Positions 9,016-18,391 of a stretch of 64,000 nt of DNA are shown here, piece after piece (the stretch's first letter is position 1; every line of letters starts with the position of its first letter). Where the stretch lies: contig CAVYBW010000001.1 in assembly GCA_963767035.1 (NCBI GenBank), positions 2,182,547-2,246,546 on the forward strand, given 5' to 3'. Both the position numbers and the translations under genes were made by a program. The notes below the pieces were generated by a model. That model was not told the DNA's origin, did not search any database, and saw only the letters and a program-made list of their open reading frames with translations. Source of the DNA: an uncultured Chloroflexia bacterium. Its GTDB lineage: Bacteria; Chloroflexota; Chloroflexia; Chloroflexales; Herpetosiphonaceae.

Positions 9016-9837
9016 ATGTTTCAGTCACCAATCAAGCACGACAATCAAGCAGCCATTGGGCAAGCCCCGGAACTTTCAGTCATCATTCCCTCGTTCAATG
9101 AGCAAAAGCGAATCATCCCAACCATCGATTCAATCGTCAATTATTTGCATACACTAGGCCGTTCATGGGAAATAATTGTGAGTGATGATGGCTCAAGCGA
9201 TCAAACCGTCAGTTTGATTGAAGCCCAGCGCTATCCCAACCTGACGATTATCAAAAGCTCCAGCAACCATGGCAAAGGCCATGCAGTTCGCGCAGGCATT
9301 ATTGCCGCCAAGGGTAACTTTATCCTCTTTACCGATGCCGATAATGCTACGCCAATCACTGATCTAGCCAAATTATTACCTTTGCTCGAACAAGGCAGCT
9401 ACGACATTGCCATTGGCTCGCGGGCCAAACTGCTGCTGCAAACCAAAGAACGCCGTTTTAGTCGCTGTGTGATGAGTGCTGGGCTGCGGGTGATTGTTGA
9501 ACATGGCTTAAAACTGAATATTCACGATAGCCAATGTGGCTTCAAACTTTTTCATCGTGCAGTTGCCAAGCACTTGGCTCAAGTTCAAACCATCAATGGT
9601 TTTGCCTTCGATTTGGAACTATTGGTGATTGCCGATATCTTTGGCTATCAAACAATTGAGATTCCGGTCGATTGGGTCGATGTCGCTGGCTCGAAAGTCC
9701 ATCCAATTCGTGATGCCTATCAATTCATCCGCGATATTATGGCAATTCAAATCAACCATTGGCGCGGGCGTTACCCAAATTCAATGCAAAAAAAAACAAA
9801 CTCTAAATCGCAGCCCTCGAACCAATGGTTTGCCTAA
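9016..9837 (+). CDS. GT2 glycosyltransferase (polyprenyl-phosphate / dolichyl-phosphate glycosyltransferase-like)
   Basis: IIPSFNEQKRI, SDDGSSD and DADNATP motifs. Confidence 0.8.
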   Translation: MFQSPIKHDNQAAIGQAPELSVIIPSFNEQKRIIPTIDSIVNYLHTLGRSWEIIVSDDGSSDQTVSLIEAQRYPNLTIIKSSSNHGKGHAVRAGIIAAKGNFILFTDADNATPITDLAKLLPLLEQGSYDIAIGSRAKLLLQTKERRFSRCVMSAGLRVIVEHGLKLNIHDSQCGFKLFHRAVAKHLAQVQTINGFAFDLELLVIADIFGYQTIEIPVDWVDVAGSKVHPIRDAYQFIRDIMAIQINHWRGRYPNSMQKKTNSKSQPSNQWFA

Positions 9838-9872
9838 AACGCATGCTGAATTTGGCAAATCGCTGGATCGCA

Positions 9873-9915
9873 CAAAAAACCGCACTTGATCAAACAGATC
9901 AAGCGCGGTTTTTTG
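9873..9915. terminator. Bidirectional intrinsic terminator between convergent genes
   Basis: A-run, then CCGCACTTGATC-aaaca-GATCAAGCGCGG, then TTTTTTG. Confidence 0.6.
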
Positions 9916-9930
9916 CTACAGTTAAATCGC

Positions 9931-10788
9931 TTATTTAACGGTTAGAGTACCCTTCATGCCGCTAGCATAGTGGCCGGGGTAGGCACAGATATAGCTATAG
10001 GTGCCAGGTTCGAGTTGGGCATCAACGCTTGCCGTTTCACCAGCATTGATCGTCTTAGTCCAAGCAATCGCTGTTTCAGCGCTTGGCGTGAAGTCTGGTG
10101 CATTAGCGACGGCGGCATCGACAGCTTTTTGCTCTTCGCCTGGTTTGACAATGACCAGGTTGTGCGGCAGCGTCCCTGCGTTATTGAAACTGACCGTGAC
10201 TGAACCAGCGTTTGCGCTCAATTCGGTTTCAGCAAAGGTCATGTTGGCTTCAGTACCACTATTGACGGTAAGCCCAGCGCTGCCAGCAGGTGCAGCACCA
10301 CCACCAGCAGCAACAACCTTGAAGGTACCCTTCATCCCAGCGGCATAGTGGCCGGGATAGGTACAAACATAGCTATAAGTGCCTGGTTCGGCAATTGTAA
10401 AGCTAATAGTTTCATTGCCGCCGCCATCAAGCGTTTTGGTGTGCGCCACGGCAGTAGCAGCCTCAAAATTGGTGGCGGTTGCGGCATCAGCCACGGTTTT
10501 ATCTTCTTCACCGGGGTTGACCAACACCCAGTTGTGGGGCACAACACCCTTATTTGAGAAGGTCACTTTAATTTCACCGGTACCTGCGGTTAACTCGGTT
10601 TTGGCAAACGCCAAGGTGGCACCATCGGCACTATCAATGGCCAAATCGTTGCTGACTGAGCCAGCAACAACGACATCGGGAATACTTTTAAAAACTCCCA
10701 CATTGTCGTCAGCAGTACCACCGCAAGCAACCAAAGTGCCTGCCAATAAAACGCCCGCTAGCGGACGTGTCCAGCGCCGAATAGGCAT
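9931..10788 (-). CDS. Two-domain type-1 (blue) copper protein; auracyanin/plastocyanin-like lipoprotein
   Basis: Lipoprotein signal ending in the LVAC lipobox. Two tandem cupredoxin domains, each with His (HNWVL / HNLVI) and C-x-PGH-x-x-GM copper ligands. Start at MPIRRW with a GGAGG RBS. Confidence 0.8.
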   Translation of the reverse strand: MPIRRWTRPLAGVLLAGTLVACGGTADDNVGVFKSIPDVVVAGSVSNDLAIDSADGATLAFAKTELTAGTGEIKVTFSNKGVVPHNWVLVNPGEEDKTVADAATATNFEAATAVAHTKTLDGGGNETISFTIAEPGTYSYVCTYPGHYAAGMKGTFKVVAAGGGAAPAGSAGLTVNSGTEANMTFAETELSANAGSVTVSFNNAGTLPHNLVIVKPGEEQKAVDAAVANAPDFTPSAETAIAWTKTINAGETASVDAQLEPGTYSYICAYPGHYASGMKGTLTVK

Positions 10789-10945
10789 CGATTTCCTCCA
10801 TAAAAGCATCTGTTTGTTAGCAATCGTATGCATGAATTATAGCATAAGGGCTTAGACTTGGTCTCAAGCAAGCTGCATTGTTTTCGATAGACCACAAGCT
10901 AACAAATTGCTCACCAAATGCTCACAAAGATACACTAAATGTTCC

Positions 10946-10973
10946 TTGACGCACTCACAGGCACTGTTATAAT
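10946..10973 (+). promoter_or_regulatory. Sigma70-type promoter (TTGACG-16-TATAAT)
   Basis: Read directly from the sequence; divergent from the cupredoxin gene. Confidence 0.5.
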
Positions 10974-11050
10974 AGACTGCAAGAGGCTCCTGTAACGGAA
11001 AGGCCCGCCCACATGCGAATTGGATTCGACAATTGGGTAAACAATAGTAC

Positions 11051-11080
11051 GACAGAGGCATCAGCCTGTGTCGTTTTTTG
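11051..11080 (+). terminator. Intrinsic terminator-like hairpin followed by a T7 run, inside the 5' leader
   Basis: GACAGAGG-catcag-CCTGTGTC (7 of 8 base pairs) followed by GTTTTTTG. Confidence 0.45.
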
Positions 11081-11142
11081 TACCAACGCTACGGCGTGGG
11101 AACGGCTCACGGCGTTTTTCGCTATATAAGGAGGATCGTCCA

Positions 11143-11430
11143 ATGTACTCCGATATGATTAGCAAGATCGAAAAAGCCAAACGGTACGCCCAGGAACCTG
11201 AACGGATTGCAATTCAACAATTTAGCGCTACCTTCCGTGGTGGCAATAATCATGAAGTCCAGTTGTTGGCAAGTGGTGAATGGCATTGTGATTGTGAATT
11301 TTTCGCCCACTGGAATACATGCTCTCACGTAATGGCGTTGCAACGGATCTTAGAGCCAATGTTAAATGATGACGCTCGCCGCGCTGGCTCACCATTTACC
11401 TTCGATGAAATTGCCGAGGCTGTTGGCTAA
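11143..11430 (+). CDS. SWIM zinc-finger-like small protein
   Basis: WHCDCEFFAHWNTCSHV matches the CxC-n-CxH SWIM pattern. GGAGG RBS. Confidence 0.55.
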   Translation: MYSDMISKIEKAKRYAQEPERIAIQQFSATFRGGNNHEVQLLASGEWHCDCEFFAHWNTCSHVMALQRILEPMLNDDARRAGSPFTFDEIAEAVG

Positions 11431-11571
11431 ATTTTTTGCTCCAGGGTTAAGTTTGCGCCACGTTACGAGTTGCTACTTGTCGACGTGGCGTCGCTGTTTA
11501 AGCGAGAAGGGTTTGGCGAGCATATCACCGCCGCCAACGGCTATGGTATAATCGCGACGCAAGGAGGTATT

Positions 11572-13059
11572 ATGTCGGATCGTCCAACACCAGCCCGCAC
11601 GCGCTTTGCGCCAAGTCCGACGGGCTATCTGCATATCGGTAGTTTACGTACCGTGTTATTTAGCTGGTTGTGGGCTCGCCACACCGGCGGTCAGTTTTTA
11701 TTACGAATTGAAGATACTGATCGCAAGCGCTATGTTGAAGGCGCAGAAGAACAATTAACCAGTTCAATGCAAGCGATCGGCCTCATGTGGGATGAAGGTC
11801 CAATTGTTGGCGGTCCTCACGCACCCTATACCCAGTCCGAGCGCTTGGATATTTATCAAGCCCACGCTGCGATCTTGATCGAAAAAGGCGTGGCGTATCG
11901 TTCGTATGCCACCGCCGAAGAAATTGCGGCAATCAATGCCGAGCGGGTCGCCAACGGCGAGCCAAAGCTTTTGGTGTTTCGCAATTTGCCCGGCATCGAC
12001 GATGCAGCCCGTGAAGCTGAAGGCGCTCCATTCAATGTGCGACTTAGCATGAAAACAACTGGTCAAACAGTTGTCCATGATCTGGTTCGCGGCCAAATTG
12101 TGTTTGATAATGCCAATTTGAACATGCCCGACCCAGTGCTCTTGAAAACCGATGGCTTCCCAACTTATGCGCTCGCTGCCATGGTCGATGATCACTTGAT
12201 GGGGATCACCCATGTGTTACGGGCTGATGAATGGCTGCCAACCTGGCCAATCCATGATCAAATCTACGAGGCCTTTGGCTGGGAGCAACCGGTTTGGGTG
12301 CATGTGCCACAAGTTTTGGGCAACGATGGCAAGAAGCTTTCCAAACGCCATGGCGATACCTCGGTGACCGAGTATATTGAACTGGGCTTTTTGCCCGAAG
12401 CAATCGTCAACTATTTGGCCTTGATCGGCTGGTCATACGATGATAAAACTGAGTTTATGACCCTTGAAGAGTTGATTGAGCGCTTTGACCTCAATCGGAT
12501 TCGGCCATCAGGCGGGGTGTTTGATCGCGATAAGCTCTTGCATTTCAATGGGGTTTATTTGCGCAATTTGGCTGCTGCTGATTTGGCCCAACGTATTGCG
12601 CCCTATCTCAGCAAGGCTGGCTTGATTGGCGCAGAACCAACTGAAGCCGAATTGGCGAAGGTTGCCGAATACTTGCCGTTAGTGCAAGAACGGATTAAGC
12701 TACTCAGCGAAGCACCTGAATTGCTTGATTTCTTCTTTGTCGACCCACAAGGCTACGACCCAGCCTCGCTCGTGCCAAAGAAGGGTGATCCAGCTCAAAC
12801 TGTCGAGGTGCTTGGTCAAGTCAAGGCCAGCTTAGAGGCTGTCGAAACTTGGGATAGCCCAAGCTTGGACAAACTCTTGCATGATTTCGTTAATCAACTT
12901 GGGCTAAAAATCCCCCAAGTGTTTATGCCTATTCGCGTTGCGCTCACTGGGCGAACTAGCTCGCCAGGCCTGTTTGAAACCATGGCGGTGTTAGGGAAAG
13001 CTGTGACGCTCGCCCGAATCAGCACTGCTGCTGCGGCGCTTTCCTCTGCCTCTGTATAG
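11572..13059 (+). CDS. gltX: Glutamate--tRNA ligase
   Basis: HIGS motif (PTGYLHIGSLRT) and KLSKR (KMSKS-type) motif. AGGAGG RBS. Confidence 0.9.
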   Translation: MSDRPTPARTRFAPSPTGYLHIGSLRTVLFSWLWARHTGGQFLLRIEDTDRKRYVEGAEEQLTSSMQAIGLMWDEGPIVGGPHAPYTQSERLDIYQAHAAILIEKGVAYRSYATAEEIAAINAERVANGEPKLLVFRNLPGIDDAAREAEGAPFNVRLSMKTTGQTVVHDLVRGQIVFDNANLNMPDPVLLKTDGFPTYALAAMVDDHLMGITHVLRADEWLPTWPIHDQIYEAFGWEQPVWVHVPQVLGNDGKKLSKRHGDTSVTEYIELGFLPEAIVNYLALIGWSYDDKTEFMTLEELIERFDLNRIRPSGGVFDRDKLLHFNGVYLRNLAAADLAQRIAPYLSKAGLIGAEPTEAELAKVAEYLPLVQERIKLLSEAPELLDFFFVDPQGYDPASLVPKKGDPAQTVEVLGQVKASLEAVETWDSPSLDKLLHDFVNQLGLKIPQVFMPIRVALTGRTSSPGLFETMAVLGKAVTLARISTAAAALSSASV

Positions 13060-13083
13060 TTCGATTAGTCAGGAGGATGTTCA

Positions 13084-13338
13084 ATGACGCTTGACGAAGC
13101 CAAAACCGAATTGACCAACTTGGTCTTGGGAGCTTCACCCGATGCTGTGTTACGCTATAAAAAACGTGGTAGCGATGAGTTAGCAATTCGGGTTTACGCC
13201 CCCGCCGACCACGAGGATGCTATTCGTGAAGCAACTCGCGAACGTTCAATCGCCTTGTTAACCGAACACGATTTGGATGTTCAGATTTTGATTTACGATA
13301 TTTCAACCTCGTTGCCAACCGAAGAAGGCGCTGAGTAA
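13084..13338 (+). CDS. Hypothetical small protein
   Basis: ORF with an AGGAGG RBS; a hairpin terminator follows at 13358-13392. Confidence 0.5.
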   Translation: MTLDEAKTELTNLVLGASPDAVLRYKKRGSDELAIRVYAPADHEDAIREATRERSIALLTEHDLDVQILIYDISTSLPTEEGAE

Positions 13339-13408
13339 CAGCCACCGAATTCAAGCAGCCTCTAGCAGCAATGCTAGGGGCTGCTTTCAATTAAAGGGTT
13401 TTAAGCTC

Positions 13409-14485
13409 ATGGATACCTATCAACCAAGTAGTGATGAACGTCAAGCCATGCGGGCATTTTTGCAACGAGCCGAGGTGCGTATTTCAACCATGCATCGAAT
13501 TGCTGGTGTGTTTTTAAATGGCGCTGGCTTATTAATTTTGTTGCCGGTGTTTTTTCGCGATGCAATCAGCGATATCAATAAAATTGTGCTAACCCAGATC
13601 GCGCAACTCTTCACGCTGTGGCAGAATGGCCAATTTTCATGGTCGGCAGTGGCCGATTTGGGCCTCTATACGCTGTTGTTTATTCCGTTTATTGCCACTT
13701 TGGGCATCCCGCTATATGCCTTCTTGCTTTTGCTTAAAGATATTGTTTATTTTTATTTTGCCAACCAAAGCCCGGGCTTTACCCATAAATTATTTAACCC
13801 ACGGTTTATTCTTTCGGGCTTAGCCTTCGCTACCGACGAAGCACCAGCAGTCAAACGCGCCGTGATTCAGCACCAATATAATTCCGATTTGCTTGAGTTT
13901 ATCTTGCCCTTCGAGCGCCACGAGGCTGCGTTTTATGATCATGTTTATCAGCAAAGCGAAGGCTTGATCGTGCCGCCCAGCCGTGATGCGGCGCAGTTGG
14001 CCAGCCAAGGGGTGAACCAAAGCCAAGTCAGTCAGCAGGCGATCGATCGCTTTAACACGGCCTTGGGCTTATCGGGCTTTTTGGATCGCACGTTGATTGA
14101 AGAGGTGGCGCGAACTGAAATTTCGGTAGTGCGCTATGCGCTGTGTCTGCGCCGCTTGGTATTGCGCTATATCAAAGCCTTGTTGATGTTTGTCTGGACA
14201 ACCTTGCTCTCGTTTATTTTGGTTTCGTTTCTTGAACACTTGCAACCGCTGGCGATTTTGGCGGTCGGCTACGTGGTTTGGTCGGCACTCACGCCCTTGG
14301 TTGTACGCATGCCCACCAACTGGATCTGGCAAGCATTACGCGAGGATGTGAATCTCAAAGGCGTAGCGCGTGATGAAGAGATTACCCGTTTCGAGCGGTA
14401 TGTCGTGCGCGTTTGTCGCTTAACGCTTGCGATTGCAATTTTAACCTTGATCAGCGAAATCGTGCGGCTTGTGGTGCATGTTTAA
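13409..14485 (+). CDS. Hypothetical multi-pass membrane protein
   Basis: Long ORF with several hydrophobic segments. Confidence 0.55.
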   Translation: MDTYQPSSDERQAMRAFLQRAEVRISTMHRIAGVFLNGAGLLILLPVFFRDAISDINKIVLTQIAQLFTLWQNGQFSWSAVADLGLYTLLFIPFIATLGIPLYAFLLLLKDIVYFYFANQSPGFTHKLFNPRFILSGLAFATDEAPAVKRAVIQHQYNSDLLEFILPFERHEAAFYDHVYQQSEGLIVPPSRDAAQLASQGVNQSQVSQQAIDRFNTALGLSGFLDRTLIEEVARTEISVVRYALCLRRLVLRYIKALLMFVWTTLLSFILVSFLEHLQPLAILAVGYVVWSALTPLVVRMPTNWIWQALREDVNLKGVARDEEITRFERYVVRVCRLTLAIAILTLISEIVRLVVHV

Positions 14486-14542
14486 TCACGATAGTGCCAG
14501 CATCCAGCCAAGCCTAGCGAGCCGTGCTGGATGCTCGCTAGG

Positions 14543-15294
14543 TTAGATTGAGGCTTTGGGCTGAGCCAAACGGCCTAGCAACAAGCCAAATTCAAATAAC
14601 AGATACATGGGAACCGCCAAAAAAGCCAGGTTGGCAGGGTCGCCAGTTGGGGTCAGAATTGCCGCTGCAACCACGGTAATCAACACCACATAACGGCGAT
14701 AGCGCCCGAGTTTGCGTGGGTTGAGAATGCCAATTTTGGTCAGAGTAAACATGATCATCGGCAATTCAAAGACAATCCCGTTGATCAGCAGCAGGCGGGT
14801 CAACATCGAGAGAAAATCATCAAGCCGGGGCTTATTTTCGATCAAATTACCAGAATTTTCGATGCCAAAATTGATTAAGACTTAATTGCTGCCGGAGCTG
14901 TGACAAACCAACCAAAGGCTAAGCCACCGACAAAACAGAAAATAACCAAGGGCAAGCCTATGAAAATCCATTTTCGTTCGTTGCGCGTTAGGCCAGGCGC
15001 TAAAAAGGCCAACAGCTGATAGATGATAATTGGCATTGCGGCGGCGATCCCAAGCGTGAGCGCCGTACTGAGGTAGGTCGTAAAGGTTTCGGCAACTTGG
15101 GTGGTTTGCACCCCTTGTTCGCCAGCAAAACTCAAAATGATATAGCGAATAAAGCTGGTGCTATTGACAATATAAAAGCCACCAAACATGCCAATTAAGA
15201 CCGCAATCGAAACCTTAGTTAGGCGTGAGCGCAACTCGCGCAAGTGGTCGAGCAAGGTCATGGTGCCATCAACAACGGGCGTAGCTTTAGCCAT
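14543..15294 (-). CDS. tatC: Sec-independent protein translocase TatC, split by a frameshift at about 14878-14882
   Basis: The two ORFs (14875..15363 and 14543..14845) together align end to end with TatC (LDHLRELRSRL ... PMYLLFE). The real start, MAKATPV, overlaps the tatA stop in ATGGCTAA. Confidence 0.8.
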
Positions 15295-15757
15295 TGGGTT
15301 GCTCCTCGGTGGCTGACGCACGTAGCGCCTGATCAAGCGGCTGATCGAGCAAATCGTCATCAAGCATCATACGGGCTTGTTTGGCAATCTCTGGGCGGGC
15401 AAGCGGTGGCTTGGGAGTTGGATCAATCACATTAGCTGCGGCAGTTGTTTTAGGGTCTAAGCCAAGGTCGACAATCATCGCCCGATCATCATCGGAGAGA
15501 ATCGAGCGCCCAAGCTCTTGAATTTGGCGACGCGGGTCAAGCTCGCGAATTTGGCGAGCCATCTTTTCGACCGATTCATAATCATCGCCCAACTCATTGC
15601 GCGCCTGATTGCGGAGATCGCTAATCATTTTGCGCCCTTTGCTGATCCACTGGCCAAGTTGAAACAACATTTCAGGCAAGCGTTCAGGGCCGACCACCAC
15701 GAGGGCAATCACCACGATGAGCACCAATTCAAACGGGCCAATTCCAAAAATTGTCAT
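15287..15757 (-). CDS. tatA: Twin-arginine translocase TatA/TatB-family protein
   Basis: N-terminal TM segment plus amphipathic helix (MTIFGIGPFELVLIVVIALVVVGPERLPE). Confidence 0.8.
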   Translation of the reverse strand: MTIFGIGPFELVLIVVIALVVVGPERLPEMLFQLGQWISKGRKMISDLRNQARNELGDDYESVEKMARQIRELDPRRQIQELGRSILSDDDRAMIVDLGLDPKTTAAANVIDPTPKPPLARPEIAKQARMMLDDDLLDQPLDQALRASATEEQPNG

Positions 15758-15819
15758 AAGCGTTTGACCACTGGCTACAGGCTTTGGCTGCGATTTAAGA
15801 GCGCATGAACCTCAAGCCC

Positions 15820-15875
15820 AACAAATAACAAATGGACAATGCCGCAAGGAATTAAACCTTGGTTGGCATTGTCCA
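15820..15875 (-). terminator. Intrinsic terminator after acpP
   Basis: GGACAATGCC ... GGCATTGTCC stem with a nested inner stem; T-rich tract on the minus strand. Confidence 0.5.
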
Positions 15876-15890
15876 CTGTTCGCATACAAG

Positions 15891-16130
15891 TTACTCTTGG
15901 ATGTGTGCTTTGATAAATTCTTCAGCATCGCCGACGGTGCGCAATTTTTCAGCTTCTTCGTCGGTAATTTCTACGCCGAATTCTTCTTCGAGCGACATGA
16001 CCAACTCGACCAAATCGAGTGAGTCGGCGTTGAGGTCATCCAAGAAAGTTGCGCTTGGCACAATTTTTTCTTCTTCTACGCCCAATTGTTCAGCAACCAA
16101 TTTCTTCAAGCGTTCGTTTAAGTCTGACAT
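15891..16130 (-). CDS. acpP: Acyl carrier protein
   Basis: LGADSLD-type phosphopantetheine attachment motif ([13 protein letters not shown]). Confidence 0.9.
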   Translation of the reverse strand: MSDLNERLKKLVAEQLGVEEEKIVPSATFLDDLNADSLDLVELVMSLEEEFGVEITDEEAEKLRTVGDAEEFIKAHIQE

Positions 16131-16187
16131 TGTTGGAATCTCCGTATAGATAAGGATAAGTCCGAGGCCATCAAAGGGATTACCGAG

Positions 16188-16628
16188 CTATTCCTCGGAT
16201 TCAGGTTTATTGACCACGGTACTGAGCACGCCATTGACAAACCGGCCCGAATTATCGCTGCCGAAGTGTTTTGCGAGCTCGACCGCTTCATTAATCACGG
16301 CTTTAACCGGAGCTTTATCCGCCGCCGCATCGTAGAGAATTTCAAACAAGGCGATGCGCAGCACCGCAATATCCACCCCTGGCATTTGGTGGACTGGCCA
16401 AGATGGGGCAATTTTGGCAATTAAATCATCAATCTCTTGACGATTGCTCCATGCGCCATTGACAATACGGGCCAAAAAATCACGACCTTCTGCGCTGAAC
16501 ATTTCATCATCGCTGATGCGTGCAACAACTGAATCAAGGTCGTGGGTGGTTTGATCAAGTTCAAAGAGTGCCTGAAGTGCCGCAGCACGCACTCGGTGGC
16601 GAAGGCTACCCACGGTTCTGCTCGACAT
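16188..16628 (-). CDS. nusB: Transcription antitermination factor NusB
   Basis: [10 protein letters not shown] ... NusB-family helices. The exact start is uncertain. Confidence 0.75.
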   Translation of the reverse strand: MSSRTVGSLRHRVRAAALQALFELDQTTHDLDSVVARISDDEMFSAEGRDFLARIVNGAWSNRQEIDDLIAKIAPSWPVHQMPGVDIAVLRIALFEILYDAAADKAPVKAVINEAVELAKHFGSDNSGRFVNGVLSTVVNKPESEE

Positions 16629-16968
16629 CCTGAATATAGACATTAACCGCACGGACGGGCATGCCGACCATTTCGTTTAACGCTTCGGTGACCGCCGATT
16701 GAACGCGAGCACCAAGATCAAGCAAGTTGATCTCGGGTTTGGCGATCAGGTAGCAATCGGCACTGACGCTATCATCGACAACACGGATTGCCACACCATC
16801 AGCATTAGCAGTTCCGCTCCCCAACATGCTGCCCACGCGTTGTTGGCCGGGCACGCTGCCCAAACGCGCAACGCCAGCAACCTCTTGTGCCGTTAGCGAG
16901 ACAATCGCTGAAAGCACATCGGGAGCAATTGTCACAGTTCCAAATGGTTGATTCACAGTTTTCTCCAA
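16606..16968 (-). CDS. Asp23/Gls24-family alkaline shock protein
   Basis: Typical Asp23 length and motifs ([15 protein letters not shown]). Confidence 0.75.
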   Translation of the reverse strand: MEKTVNQPFGTVTIAPDVLSAIVSLTAQEVAGVARLGSVPGQQRVGSMLGSGTANADGVAIRVVDDSVSADCYLIAKPEINLLDLGARVQSAVTEALNEMVGMPVRAVNVYIQDVEQNRG

Positions 16969-16975
16969 GACTACC

Positions 16976-18343
16976 CTACGCTGTCGCTTCTTTGGCAGTC
17001 TGTTGATTTAAAATATCAGCTAAGGTGTGCGTGGCAACTTCACCGCTCACAAAAGCTGGTTCGTTCATCATGCGCAGTTGAAATGGCAAGGTGGTGGTAA
17101 TGCCATTGATCACACACTCGCTTAATGCGCGTCGCATCCGTTCGATTGCTTCAAGCCTGGTTTCCCCCCATACGATCACTTTGGCTAACATCGAGTCGTA
17201 GTTGGTGGGGGTGCGATAGCCTGAATAGAGATGCGAATCGACCCGCACGCCTGGGCCACCTGGTGGTAAGTAGAGATCGACAGTACCGCCAGCAGGCATA
17301 AAATCACGGTCAGCATCTTCGGCATTAATCCGACATTCAATCGCATGCCCGCGTATTTTAATGTCATCTTGAGCGAGCGTCAAGCGTTCGCCAGAAGCAA
17401 TTCGAATTTGCCACTTAACCAAATCCAAGCCAGTCAGCCATTCGGTGACTGGGTGCTCAACCTGCAAACGGGTATTCATTTCCATAAAATAGAAATTACC
17501 CTCGTGATCGAGCAAAAATTCCATGGTGCCAGCGTTGTAGTAGCCAATCTCGCGCACGCCATGCAAGGCTGCTTCGCCCATTTTCTGGCGTAATTCAGGA
17601 GTTAAGGCTGGCGATGGGCCTTCTTCAACCACTTTTTGGTGGCGACGTTGCAACGAGCAATCACGCTCGCCAAGGTGAATTGCATGGCCATATTGATCAG
17701 CCAAAATCTGAATTTCAACGTGACGCACCACTGGCAAGTATTTTTCCATATACAAATCGCCACGGCCAAAGGCACCTTCAGCCTCAGCGCGGGCGGTGTT
17801 GAAGGCGCGGGCCAATTCATCGGGCTGATTGACCACGCGCATGCCGCGCCCGCCACCACCAGCCACAGCCTTCAATAGCACGGGGTAGCCAATGCTATCG
17901 GCGAGACCTTGGGCTTCTTCAACGCTGGCCAAGGGGTTTTCGGTGCCAGGAATCAAAGGCAGGCCAGCTAGTTTCATGGCTTGTTTGGCCAGCGCTTTAT
18001 CACCCATGCGCTGAATCGAATCTGCCGAAGGGCCAATAAAGGTCAGACCACATTCCCGGCAGCTTTCAGCAAAATAGGGGTTTTCCGAAAGAAATCCATA
18101 GCCTGGGTGAATCCCATCGCAATCGCTAATCAATGCGGCGCTAATCAAGGCTGGCGCATTCAGGTACGATTTGGCTGGTGGTGGCGGGCCAATACAAATC
18201 GCCTCATCGGCCATGCGTACCGCCAGCGAATCGCGGTCGGCCTCGGAATAGGCCGCTACCGCTTTGATGCCCAGCTCATGGCAGGCGCGAATAATTCGCA
18301 CGGCAATTTCACCACGATTGGCAATTAATATTTTGCGTAACAT
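16976..18343 (-). CDS. accC: Acetyl-CoA carboxylase biotin carboxylase subunit
   Basis: ATP-grasp biotin carboxylase motifs across the full length. Confidence 0.9.
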   Translation of the reverse strand: MLRKILIANRGEIAVRIIRACHELGIKAVAAYSEADRDSLAVRMADEAICIGPPPPAKSYLNAPALISAALISDCDGIHPGYGFLSENPYFAESCRECGLTFIGPSADSIQRMGDKALAKQAMKLAGLPLIPGTENPLASVEEAQGLADSIGYPVLLKAVAGGGGRGMRVVNQPDELARAFNTARAEAEGAFGRGDLYMEKYLPVVRHVEIQILADQYGHAIHLGERDCSLQRRHQKVVEEGPSPALTPELRQKMGEAALHGVREIGYYNAGTMEFLLDHEGNFYFMEMNTRLQVEHPVTEWLTGLDLVKWQIRIASGERLTLAQDDIKIRGHAIECRINAEDADRDFMPAGGTVDLYLPPGGPGVRVDSHLYSGYRTPTNYDSMLAKVIVWGETRLEAIERMRRALSECVINGITTTLPFQLRMMNEPAFVSGEVATHTLADILNQQTAKEATA

Positions 18344-18391
18344 GTTGGTTCCTCAGCTAATGCCTTCGAGCAAGCGTTCCAACGCTGCTGC

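Noticed and set aside
8547-9157. ORFs 8547..8831 (minus), 8605..8814 and 8807..9157 (plus) in the HMGL / GT2 intergenic gap
   Set aside because: They have no RBS, low-complexity products and overlap hairpin-rich DNA. The region is treated as non-coding.
10001-10855. Plus-strand ORFs 10001..10348 and 10379..10855
   Set aside because: They are antisense to the two-domain cupredoxin gene. The Ala/Pro/Ser-rich products are typical of reverse-frame reading of a Gly/Ala-rich gene.
11029-11154. 41-codon ORF (MRIGFDNWVNNSTTEASAC...) running through the leader hairpin
   Set aside because: It has no RBS, spans a terminator structure and overlaps the SWIM gene start. It is an artefact of the structured leader.
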